NCBI GenBank assembly: GCA_963789705.1
Contig: CAWBLN010000008.1
Coordinates: 83,474 to 147,473 of the forward strand
DNA from: an uncultured Thermoleophilaceae bacterium
GTDB taxonomy: Bacteria; Actinomycetota; Thermoleophilia; Solirubrobacterales; Thermoleophilaceae
Length of the DNA: 64,000 nt
Reading direction: 5' to 3'
Position 1 is the first letter of the stretch; the number at the start of each line of letters is the position of its first letter. Below, piece after piece: positions 36,304 through 45,182 of this stretch. The position numbers and the translations under genes were made by a program. The notes under the pieces were generated by a model that worked only from the letters and a program-made list of their open reading frames with translations, made no database searches and was not told where the DNA came from.

Positions 36304-37607
36304 ATGAGGCGGCTGGCGGCGATCGTCGCGCTGGTGGTGGGGGCCGCGACGGTCACCCTCGCCGTCGCTGTGGCGGTGAGCGAGTTCCCGCGCGGGTTGG
36401 TCCTGCTCGGCTGTGTGGTGGTCGCCGGCGTGTCGGCCTGGTACGGCGTGCTGCGCCGCGGGGTTGCGCGCGTCGCGGGGCTGACCGTCGCGGGGCTGGC
36501 GCTCGCCGGTGCCGTGGTGCTGGTCGTGACGCAGGGGGAGCCGCTCGCCGACCTGCTGGTCGTGGCCGGGCTGCTGGTGTCTCTGGCTGCCGCGCGCGCC
36601 ACCCTCGGTGTCCATGTGGATCGTGCCGGGCGCTTCGGCGCCGCGCCACCCGGTGCTGTTCTTCAACCCGAAGTCCGGCGGCGGCAAGGCCGAGCGCTTC
36701 GCGGTCGCGGACGAGGCGCGCGCGCGCGGGATCGAGCCGATCGAGCTCAGCCCGCCGTGGGATCTCGAGGGGCTCGTTCGCGAGGCGGTCGCCGGCGGAG
36801 CCGACGGGCTCGCGATGGCCGGCGGCGACGGCTCCCAAGCCGTCGTCGCGGCGATCGCCGCCGAGCTCCACTTGCCGTACGCGTGCGTGCCCGCCGGCAC
36901 GCGCAACCACTTCGCGCTCGATCTCGGCGTCGACCGCGAGGACGTCGTCGGCGCCCTCGACGCGTTCGTCGAGGGCGGCGAGCGAACCGTCGACCTGGCC
37001 GAGGTCAACGGGCGCGTGTTCGTCAACAACGTCTCGCTCGGACTCTACGCGGAGGCCGTCCAGCGAGAGGGCTATCGCGACGCGAAGCTGCGCACGCTGC
37101 TGGACACCGTGCCGGACGTGGTCGGTCCCAGTGGCCGCGGGCTCGACCTGCGCTGGACCGGCCCGGGCGGACATGGGCACGACTCGGGTGCGGCGGTGCT
37201 CGTCTCCAACAACCGCTACCGGCTCGGCCGCGCTGTCGGCTCGGGCACGCGGCCGAGGATCGACGACGGCCTGCTCGGAATCACGGTCTTCGGCGCGGCC
37301 TCGGGACGCGGCGAGGGCGGCCGGTTCTTGCAGCGGCCGTGGCGCGAGTGGTCCGCGCCCGTCGTTCGAGGTCGACGCCGACGGCCCCGTCCCCGCCGGA
37401 ATCGACGGCGAGGCGCTCGTGCTCGATGCGCCGCTGCGGTTTCGCATCCGGCCCGGAGTCCTGCGCGTGCGCATCGCCCGCAAGCACCCGGGCGCCTCGC
37501 CCTCGGCCATGGCGCCCGAAGGCGTCTGGGCCGGCGTGGTCGAGCTGGCGCGAATCGCCGCCGGCCGCCCCCAGAAACCCGCAACGTCAACCCCAAGGAG
37601 GCCCTAA
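36304..37607 (+). pseudogene. diacylglycerol/lipid kinase family protein with an N-terminal TM region; disrupted reading frame
   Basis: ATG at 36304 after AAGGAGG, followed by a TM-rich 100 aa. The kinase core is in a second frame (VLFFNPKSGGGKA...GGDGSQAVVA...PAGTRNHFALDLG). The C-terminus is in a third frame (SFEVDADGPVPAGIDGEALVL...RIRPGVLRVRI). There is a firm shift at C-run 37358-37360 and a possible one within 36600-36655. Confidence 0.75.
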
Positions 37608-37825
37608 TGGACCTGTTGGAGATCACCGAGAAGGAACGGCTGAGCCGCGAGGACGCCGCCGCCCGCCTGCACGCCCTAGCCGACGCGCTCGCCAAACACA
37701 ACGACGTCGAATTCGACCGCGGCGGCATGCACTTCAAGGTGCACGTGCCCGACGAGGTGGACTTCAAGCTCGAGATCGAGATCGAGGACGACGAGAGGGA
37801 GCTCGAGATCGAGCTCAAATGGTGA
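37607..37825 (+). CDS. amphi-Trp domain protein
   Basis: 72 aa: MDLLEITEKERLSREDAAARLHALADAL...FKVHVPDEVDFKLEIEIEDDERELEIELKW. AAGGAGG lies upstream, and the ATG overlaps the kinase TAA as TAATG. Confidence 0.7.
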   Translation: MDLLEITEKERLSREDAAARLHALADALAKHNDVEFDRGGMHFKVHVPDEVDFKLEIEIEDDERELEIELKW

Positions 37826-39102
37826 GCCGACCCGGGCCCTCTGCGCGGGCACGTGTCACATCGGTTGCTGCGCTCTCCATCGGTGGGGCCTTGTCGCGCG
37901 GGTGCTGCTCGTACCAGCGGGCGTAGCGATCGGCGAGCGGGGCCGCGCTGAGGCCATGGGCGAAGACCGAGAGCCCCACGGTCAGGTAGATCGCGAGCAC
38001 GATCAGGTGCTCGTGGGGAAGGTTTGACTCCTCGACGACGATCACCGCGAACACGATCGAGGCCAGACCGCGGGGGCCGAACCAGCCGAGGAAGCCGAGC
38101 GTCGGCGCCCTGGCGTGCGAGCCCAACATCGCGATCGCGACCGGCAGCATCCGCACGACCGTGAGGCTGAGCACCGCGTAAAGAACGAGTTCCCAGCTCA
38201 GCTCACCGAGCGCGGGGCCGAGCAGGATGGCCCCGAAGAGAACGAAGGTCACGCCGTTGAGCACGTTCCCCACCTGTTCGCTGAGCTCGTTGATTTGCTC
38301 GGGGTCGCGCCCGAGCGCCAGCCGAAAGGCCAGGCCCGCGACGAAGGCGGCGATGAAGCCCGACCCGCCGAGCGCGCTGGCGATCCCGTAGGCAAGCACC
38401 GCACCGGCGCCCGGGATCACCTGCCGCCACGGGCCCGCGATCAGCTCTCGCCGGCCCGCGTGGATGACGATCGCCGCGACCAGGAGCCCGCCCACCACAC
38501 CGCCGAAAACCCCGTAGCCGATCTCCTCGAAAAGCAGCGTCGCGGCGCCACGGCCCTCGGCGATCTCCGATTCCACGTCGGCCACGGCGACGGCCGCGAA
38601 CAGCAGCGGGCACGCAGATCCCGTCGTTGAGCCCGCTCTCGACGTTGAGCCCCTGGCGGATCCTCCCCGGAACGCGCGGCTCGGTGACCACCGCCTGCCC
38701 CAGCGCGGCGTCCGTCGGCGCCAACACGATCGACAGGATCACAGCCTCGTCGACGCTCAGCCGCCCGAGGATGGCAGTCGCCGCAACGGCCCCCAACGCG
38801 ATCGTCAACGGCAGCCCGATCCCCAGCAGCCGCAGCGGCACCCCCACCTCGCGGCGAAGCAGCCGAAGATCGATACGCGACGCGTCGCAGAACAGCACCA
38901 GCGCCAACGTCGCCTCCGCCAGCGATCGCACAGTCCCGCTCGAGCTCTCGAGGTCGATCTCGCCAAGCACCTCGGGTCCGACCAGCAACCCGACCGCGAC
39001 GAACACCATGGCCGGCGTGACGAGCGTCCCCGACAGCCGCCGCGAAATCGCCGCGACGCCGAGCAGCGTGAGTGCCACGATGGCAAGGGACCACTCCATC
39101 AC
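37815..39102 (-). pseudogene. cation:proton (Na+/H+) antiporter, CPA1 family; one frameshift
   Basis: N-terminal piece: MMEWSLAIVALTLLGVAA...VLAPTDAALG...VESGLNDGICVP. It continues in another frame as LLFAAVAVADVESEIAEG...GWFGPRGLASIVFA. The shift is at G-run 38608-38610. Confidence 0.85.
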
Positions 39103-39144
39103 CGTTGCTCCATGGGATCACCGTGCCCAATCGCCCATGCTCAG

Positions 39145-39170
39145 ACCTCATCCATCCTGGGTGATTTCCG
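39145..39170 (-). promoter_or_regulatory. recurrent upstream motif, copy h (short-spacer variant)
   Basis: Gene-orientation sequence CGGAAATCACCCAGGATGGATGAGGT, 43 nt upstream of the antiporter ATG at 39102. Confidence 0.5.
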
Positions 39171-39192
39171 CAGACCTGGACGCGATTTCGGT

Positions 39193-39219
39193 GGTTTCAT
39201 CCCATCCGGGTGATGCGAC
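39193..39219 (+). promoter_or_regulatory. recurrent upstream motif, copy g
   Basis: GGTTTCATCCCATCCGGGTGATGCGAC, 58 nt upstream of the ATG at 39277. Confidence 0.6.
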
Positions 39220-39276
39220 CCAGCAGCACGCCACGAGAATTCTGATCGGCGAACGAATCAACCAAGGAGGCTCGGG

Positions 39277-39666
39277 ATGAGAGGTACGGGGCGAGCCGCA
39301 TTCGCGGCAACGCTGCTGTTGATCGTGGGAACTCTCAACATCATCTATGCCATCGGCGCGCTGGACAGCGCGAGCATCTTCGTCAACGACCAGCGGTACA
39401 TATTCACCAACCTCAACACCCTGGGCTGGGTCCTGATCATCCTCGGGGTGATCCAACTCGCCGGAGGCTTTTCGCTGTTGGCCGGCAACACGTTCGGTCG
39501 GGTCATCGGGATCATCGGCGGCAGCCTCGGTGCGATCGGGGCCCTGCTGTCGATCGGCGGCGCCTACCCGTGGTGGTCGCTGGCCATCTTCTTCCTGTGC
39601 GTCTACGTCGTCCACGGCATCTTCATCCTCGGAGAGGACGAGCGCGCGGCAACCCGAGCCCGATAG
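39277..39666 (+). CDS. small 4-TM membrane protein (129 aa), paralog of 24629-25018
   Basis: AAGGAGG lies upstream. Contains LLLIVGTLNIIYAIGALDSASIFVNDQRYIFTNLNTLGWVLIILGVIQLAGGFS. Confidence 0.8.
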   Translation: MRGTGRAAFAATLLLIVGTLNIIYAIGALDSASIFVNDQRYIFTNLNTLGWVLIILGVIQLAGGFSLLAGNTFGRVIGIIGGSLGAIGALLSIGGAYPWWSLAIFFLCVYVVHGIFILGEDERAATRAR

Positions 39667-39701
39667 GGCCGGCCCTACCGTCGGCGGCCAAAGTTGCGGC
39701 C

Positions 39702-40667
39702 ATGAGGGCGATGCTCCTCGACGCACCCGGCCGGCAACTGCGGCTCGCCGAGGTCGCCGATCCGAGTCCCGGCCCGGACCAGGTACTACTGCGTGTGCAT
39801 GCCTGTGGCGTGTGCCGCACGGACCTCCACATCGTCGACGGCGAGGTGCCGGCGCCCCGGTACCCGCTGATCCTCGGCCACCAGATCGTCGCGACGAGGG
39901 AGGACGACGGGCGTCGTGTCGGGGTGCCTTGGCTCGGCTGGACCGACGGCACCTGTTCCTTTTGCCGCTCGGGGCGCGAGAACCTCTGCGATGGAGCCCG
40001 CTTCACCGGGCTCGACCTCGACGGCGGCTTTGCCGAGCTCGCAGTGGCCGACGAGCGCTTCTGCCTGCCGCTTCCCGACGGGTTCGCAGATCTGGATGCC
40101 GCCCCACTGCTGTGCGCGGGCCTCATCGGACACCGGGCCCTGCGGCTCGCCGGCGACGCCGGCACGATCGGCATCTACGGCTTCGGAGCCGCCGCTCACA
40201 TCGTGTGCCAGGTCGCGGTCCATGAGTCCCGCCGGGTGTTCGCCTTCACGCGACGCGACGACCAGGGCACTCAACGGTTCGCCCGCTCGCTCGGCGCGAC
40301 CTGGGCGGGCGACGCGGGGGCGGCGCCCCCGGAACCACTGGATGCGGCGCTCATCTTCGCGCCCGCGGGTGAGCTCGTGCCCGCGGCGCTGCGAGCGGTC
40401 CGAAAGGGCGGCACGGTCGTGTGCGGCGGAATTCACATGAGCGACATCCCTTCCTTTCCGTACGCGGACCTCTGGGGCGAGCGAGTCCTGCGCTCAGTGG
40501 CCAACCTGACGCGGGCCGACGGCGAGGAGTTCCTCGCCTTGGCTGCGAAGGTGCCCGTCCGCACGCGCGTGACCACCTACCCGCTCGAGGACGCCGGTGC
40601 AGCTCTGGAGGACCTGCGGTCGGGCCACCTCGAAGGGGCCGCGGTGGTGAGCGTGCACCCCGGCTAG
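39702..40667 (+). CDS. zinc-dependent alcohol dehydrogenase family protein
   Basis: VLLRVHACGVCRTDLHIVDGE...LGHQIV...CSFCRSGRENLC...GIYGFGAAAHI. Confidence 0.9.
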   Translation: MRAMLLDAPGRQLRLAEVADPSPGPDQVLLRVHACGVCRTDLHIVDGEVPAPRYPLILGHQIVATREDDGRRVGVPWLGWTDGTCSFCRSGRENLCDGARFTGLDLDGGFAELAVADERFCLPLPDGFADLDAAPLLCAGLIGHRALRLAGDAGTIGIYGFGAAAHIVCQVAVHESRRVFAFTRRDDQGTQRFARSLGATWAGDAGAAPPEPLDAALIFAPAGELVPAALRAVRKGGTVVCGGIHMSDIPSFPYADLWGERVLRSVANLTRADGEEFLALAAKVPVRTRVTTYPLEDAGAALEDLRSGHLEGAAVVSVHPG

Positions 40668-40669
40668 AC

Positions 40670-40695
40670 CCTGAGCGCTCTCGACGGCGCTCAGG
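40670..40695. terminator. 9-bp GC-rich hairpin between convergent genes (no U-tract)
   Basis: cctgagcgc (40670-40678) pairs with gcgctcagg (40687-40695), with an 8-nt loop. It starts 3 nt after the ADH stop and overlaps the stop codon of the convergent ORF. Confidence 0.3.
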
Positions 40696-40996
40696 ACCGG
40701 TACATCTCGGTGATCGCAGCGAAGCCCTTGAGCGGGAGCAGTGGGCCGTCGACCCGCAGGATCGCCCAGCGGCCGTCACCCGACCCGGTCCGTACCGCGT
40801 GCATGTCCCAGCTGGCGCAGAACCGCTCGATTTCGGACACGGCTGCGTCAGCCACGGTCACTACGGCTGCGGCGCGCGCGTCCGGGGGCCCGGGGGCATT
40901 CCGGTCGGCGTGCCCCTCGAGCCAGCCCAGCAGCATCGCGTCGAGCTGCTCGAACAGCGTGAGCGGTTGGAGGGTCTCGATCTCGGGAGGGTTCAC
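40691..40996 (-). CDS. hypothetical protein (about 101 aa)
   Basis: GTG at 40996 after GGGAG. Contains LFEQLDAMLLGWLEGHADRNAPG...GRWAILRVDGPLLPLKGFAAITEMYRS. No recognisable family. Confidence 0.35.
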   Translation of the reverse strand: MNPPEIETLQPLTLFEQLDAMLLGWLEGHADRNAPGPPDARAAAVVTVADAAVSEIERFCASWDMHAVRTGSGDGRWAILRVDGPLLPLKGFAAITEMYRS

Positions 40997-41024
40997 ACTC
41001 CCTGAGACGCCGTTCTGTGGGGAG

Positions 41025-41971
41025 TTATTCCCCAGTCGCCGGCCAGGCCTCCACGATCGCCCTGACGTGCCGCGGATCGGTGCCGCAGCACCCGCCGAGC
41101 ACGTTGAGACGCGGCAGCTTCGCGGGCAGCTCCGCGTGGCGAGCCCCGAGGTCGGCCGGGTCGCCCTCGTCGAGCTCGGTGGCCTCGTCGAGCTCGGCGT
41201 GGCTCTTCGTGGACGCATTGGCGCGGACCCCGCGGATGCGTTCCCGCCACGACTCGCCCGACCCGAGGACGCCTTCGAAATGCGTCGGATGGGCGCAGTT
41301 GATCACGAAATAGGCGGGCCCGCGATCGGTTTCGGAGTCGACCTGCTCGACGGCTTCGCCCAACGCCTGACCACTCGGAAGCCGGCCGTCGGTCTCCACC
41401 GTGAACGAGATAGCGACGGGCATGCCCGCCCCCGTCGCCGCCCGGGTCAGTCCGACCGCCTCGTCTGCGTAGGTCATGGTGATCGCCGTGATCATGTCCG
41501 CAGCGGTCTCGCTGAACGTGGCGACCTGGGTCGAGTGGTAGTCCTGCGCGGCCGCCGCCGACAGGGTCTCGCCCGGACTGTAACCGTCATCGTGAGGGCC
41601 GATGCAGCCGCTGATCACGACCGGCGTCTCATTCGACTCGTACTGGTCTCGCAGCTCCTCCATGAGTGCGATCGCCTTGCGATTGAGGGCGTCGAGCTCC
41701 TGCTCCGAATAACCGATCTCGGCGGCCCAGCGAGGACTCGCGCGCCACGTCGGGCTCTCGAGCACCAGGCCCATCCCGCGCTCGCGCGCAAGCTCCGCAT
41801 AGGGCTCGAAGTAGCGACGCAGCGCCTCGGTTCCCTCGGCGTCTTGAGCAGGTCGAAGGCCGCGAACGCCGGCAGGTCCAGGCCCTCGTGAAAGATCAGC
41901 GTGGTCTCGATGCCGCCATCGGTCACAAAGAGGCCGCCGTCGAGCTGCGGCAGGCGGTCGCGGTGCTTCAC
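41025..41971 (-). pseudogene. mmuM: homocysteine S-methyltransferase family protein; one frameshift
   Basis: N-terminus LFVTDGGIETTLIFHEGLDLPAFAAFDLLK. It then continues in another frame as DAEGTEALRRYF...VISGCIGP...INCAHP...LGGCCGTDPRHV. One base appears to be missing at about 41841-45 (AAGAC where AAGGAC would restore the frame). Confidence 0.8.
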
Positions 41972-42000
41972 TCAGGCTCCTTTCATCGAAAGGCGCGAGC

Positions 42001-43116
42001 CTAGCTCACGTGCGCCGGCAGCCCGAACCTCTCGAAGAGCGCGGCCACCTTCGCCGGATCGGGAGGCTGTGCCGGCCAAGTGGCGAAGGCCTCCCTGTCA
42101 CCCCCGGCTACCGAGCGCGCGATGAACGCGGTGATCTCCTTGATCTGCGCGCCGTCGAGGGTGAGCACGTCGAGTGCGAAGGGAAGATGGCTCCCCTCGG
42201 CCACCTGCCAGGCATACGCGCCGACGGCGACCTGCCCGTTGGCCCGCGTGGCGAGATGGCTCCATTGCCACTCACCCGACAACGGCCCCGTGCGCAGGAA
42301 TGCGGTGAGCTGCTCGTGACCCCGGTACCAGGTCGCCAGCGGCGGCATCGACCACGCGGCGTCCTCGGCCAGCATGTCGACCACGGTGTTCACATCGCCT
42401 CGCCTCATCGCGTCCATGTAGCTCTCGACCAGCTCCCGTAGGCGGTCGTCGCCCAGCGCCCGCAGCGTGGCCTGCTGGCTTCGATCGGGTACCCGCTCCT
42501 CGACCGCCTTCCGGGCGCGCTGGAGCGCGCTGTTGACCGCGGCCACGGTCGTCTCGAGAGACTCGGCGACCTCCCGAGCGGAGAAGCCCAGTACCTCGCG
42601 CAGGATGAGGACGGCACGCTGGGTGCCGGGCAGGTGCTGGAGTGCGGCCACGAACGCCAGCTCGACGCTCTCTCGCAGCTCGTAGCGGGCCTCGGGGGCG
42701 GCCGAGCGGTCCTCCAGGCCCACCGCCTGGTCGGGGTAGGCCTCGACCCACACCGTCTCGGCCGCGGGCCGGCCGGGCACCTCGCCCAGATCGGCGGCGG
42801 GGCCGTAGTCGATCGGCAGTACGCGCTTGGGCCGACGTGCGATCAGGCTCAGGCAGACGTTGGTGGCGATCCTGTAGAGCCAGGCCCGCAGGGAGCTGCG
42901 GCCCTCGAAGGCGACGAGCCCCCGCCATGCGCGCAGCAGCGCATCCTGCAGTGCGTCCTCGGCGTCGTGGAGCGAGCCGAGCATCCGGTAGCAGTGCGCG
43001 TGGAGCTCCGGACGGTAGGGCTCGACGAGGCGCCGGTAGGCGGCTTCGTCCCCCCCGCGCGCCGCCTCGAGCAACACCCGGTCGCTCGGCGTGAGGATCG
43101 CGGAGCCGGCCGACAT
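42001..43116 (-). CDS. ECF-type RNA polymerase sigma factor with a C-terminal SnoaL/NTF2-like extension
   Basis: Region 2: YRRLVEPYRPELHAHCYRMLGSLHDAEDALQDALLRAW...WLYRIATNVCL. Region 4: LREVLGFSAREVAESLETTVAAVNSALQRAR. The C-terminal extension of about 150 aa reads LRELVESYMDAMRRGDVNTVVDML... Confidence 0.9.
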   Translation of the reverse strand: MSAGSAILTPSDRVLLEAARGGDEAAYRRLVEPYRPELHAHCYRMLGSLHDAEDALQDALLRAWRGLVAFEGRSSLRAWLYRIATNVCLSLIARRPKRVLPIDYGPAADLGEVPGRPAAETVWVEAYPDQAVGLEDRSAAPEARYELRESVELAFVAALQHLPGTQRAVLILREVLGFSAREVAESLETTVAAVNSALQRARKAVEERVPDRSQQATLRALGDDRLRELVESYMDAMRRGDVNTVVDMLAEDAAWSMPPLATWYRGHEQLTAFLRTGPLSGEWQWSHLATRANGQVAVGAYAWQVAEGSHLPFALDVLTLDGAQIKEITAFIARSVAGGDREAFATWPAQPPDPAKVAALFERFGLPAHVS

Positions 43117-43974
43117 CTACACGGAGGCGTTGGCGCCGACCGCGCCGAGCAGCCCGGTGGCCACGGGCGGCACGCGGCCCTCGCGATCGCACTCGGGGTC
43201 ATACGCCGTGAGGGACACCGCCCTCACCAGCCCGGTCCCAAGCACCTCCTCGACCCGCGCGCTGAGCTGGTCTGGGGTGATGCCTCCGGACGCGCTGTAC
43301 ACGTTCACATGAGCCGCTTCACGGTCCAGCACGTCGAGGTCGAGGTGCAGGTAGAGCCCTGTGGGCTCCGGCTCGAGCGAGGTCAGCGCCGCGGCGAGAG
43401 CGTCGCCCGAGGCCAGCTGCCGGGGCGTCACGTGGATCACATCCGACTCGCGCATCCGGACCTCCTCGGGCGCGTCGAAGTCGTGGGCGCCGGCCGACAC
43501 GACCGCCGTCGGCGCCACGGGGCCCCCGCCGGGCACGGCTGCGAAGATCCCGCGCCAGGCGTCTCCGACCAGCACCGCGAGCCCCATTCCATCGAGGTAG
43601 CCGTCGAGGGTCGAGTCCGGCGTGTTGAAGTCGCCGTGCGCGTCGAACCAAACCACGCCGGGCGCGCGCTCGCCGAGACCGGCCACGACGCCCAGCGCCG
43701 CGAAGCAACAGCTACCCGAGAGAACCACCGGAAAGGCGCCCGCCGCCCGCGCGGCGGCCACGCGCTCGCTCACCTGCCGGATGAGCTCGAAGCTGAGCCT
43801 GACCTCGCTGGAGAAGCGTTGCGTCAGCTCGACGACGTCCGTGTCCACCCTCGCGCCGGAGGCCTCCAGCGCCTCCTCGGCGCCGCTTGCGAGCAGCGCC
43901 TCAGGTCCACGTCCGACCCCGTCGCGCAGCCGTCCGAGCTCGTAAGGCACCGCGATGAGGCTGATCGCGTCCAA
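43117..43974 (-). CDS. arginase/agmatinase/formiminoglutamase family protein
   Basis: VVWFDAHGDFNTP, DGMGLAV and LYLHLDLDVLD metal-binding blocks. TTG start at 43974. The stop abuts the sigma factor ATG (TAGATG). Confidence 0.8.
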   Translation of the reverse strand: MDAISLIAVPYELGRLRDGVGRGPEALLASGAEEALEASGARVDTDVVELTQRFSSEVRLSFELIRQVSERVAAARAAGAFPVVLSGSCCFAALGVVAGLGERAPGVVWFDAHGDFNTPDSTLDGYLDGMGLAVLVGDAWRGIFAAVPGGGPVAPTAVVSAGAHDFDAPEEVRMRESDVIHVTPRQLASGDALAAALTSLEPEPTGLYLHLDLDVLDREAAHVNVYSASGGITPDQLSARVEEVLGTGLVRAVSLTAYDPECDREGRVPPVATGLLGAVGANASV

Positions 43975-43984
43975 TGGGCGAAGT

Positions 43985-45121
43985 CTACGCCGCGCCTCGC
44001 TCCCGGGGCCGTACAAGATCGAGCAGCAGCTCCTCCGTGGCGAGCTCCTCGGAGCCCTCGGAGGGGATCCCCACCTCGGCGGCGCGCACCAGGTCGATGG
44101 CCGTGGAGCGCACCTGGCCGACGATCTCCGCCAGCCCCAGATCGGGGTCGCCCTCGAAGCTCTCGGTGGCGCGCGCCGCGGCGCTCGAGGCATGCAGCCG
44201 GACCTCACGGCCATCCGGCTCGTCGCGCTCGAACTCCGCTGCCAGGGCCCACACGGCGTAGCCAGCGCGCGGACGGCGTCCGCCAGCTCCGGCGGCGGCT
44301 CCCCGCCCGCTGCCAGGTAACGGCCCACGTGGCGGGCCAGCACGCGCGTGTTGCGCACCGCGTAGTCGATGTGCCGCATCCCGCGCGCGTAGCGCTCGAT
44401 CTCGTCGCGGCTCGAGCGCCGCCCCGGCGAGAAGCGCGCCGTTTCCCGCGCGACGCTCAGCGACTCCTCGAGCTCGCGCACCCCCTCGTCCATCGCACGG
44501 GCCGACTGCAGGGCCGCCTGCGCACGGGCGCCGTCGCGCTCGGCCAGCGCGGCCGCCACCTCCTCCAGGTTGCGGCCCAACTCCGCGAAGATCGCCTGGG
44601 TGGACCGCGCGACGAGCAAGATCGGATTGAGGGGGAAGGCGACCGCGCTTATCGCGAGGGCCACACCGCCGCCCGGCCAGCGCCTCGACCAGGCGGCTCG
44701 GAGGAAAGCCGGCACTGCTGGGCTCGATCAGCACGAGCAGGATCGCCGAGACCGCCGCCTCGGTCACCAGAACCGGACCGCCGCCGAGGACCACCGCGGC
44801 GCTCATCGCGAGAACCACGAGCAGCCCGAGCTGCAGCGGTCCGGAGCCGATCAAGACCACCAGCAGGTCCGCCACCCCGATGCCCAGGACCACTCCTCCG
44901 ATCAACTCGATGGCGCGCTCCGGGCGCTGGCCGTAGGTCGCCCCGAGGGCGACCACGGCGGCGATCGGCGCGAACACCGGCTGCTCCTCGGAGACGAGCA
45001 GCTCGGCCAGATACCAGGCCGCCACCGCCGCCACCGCGGTCTGCAGGATCGGCCACGCGCGAGCGCGTAGGCGATCGAGGGCGCGGCGAGCGGTCTGACG
45101 TCTGGAATACGCGTTCGTCAT
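43985..45121 (-). pseudogene. FUSC / aromatic-acid-exporter family membrane protein; the central third reads in a shifted frame
   Basis: N-terminus AWPILQTAVAAVAAWYLAELL...RLVEALAG. The centre makes sense only in another frame (GGVALAISAVAFPLNP...ELADAVRALA). The original frame resumes at YAVWALAAEFERDEP... The shifts are at about 44672-44674 and about 44255-44262. Confidence 0.7.
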
Positions 45122-45182
45122 GGGACCAGATCAGAGTGCCACGCCTCGATGTGCAGTCGTTAAAAAGTAGCCGCGCACCGCG

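Noticed and set aside
18576-39219. Interpreting the recurrent motif as a SigB/SigF-type promoter (GTTT..-N14-17-GGGTAT).
   Set aside because: The left arm (G/A)TTTCA and right arm GGGTGAT look similar to that type. However, the gap between TTTCA and GGG is only about 8-10 nt, much shorter than the spacing I recall for SigB/SigF promoters. I also saw no classic ECF -35/-10 pair. The motif is kept as an unclassified regulatory signal.
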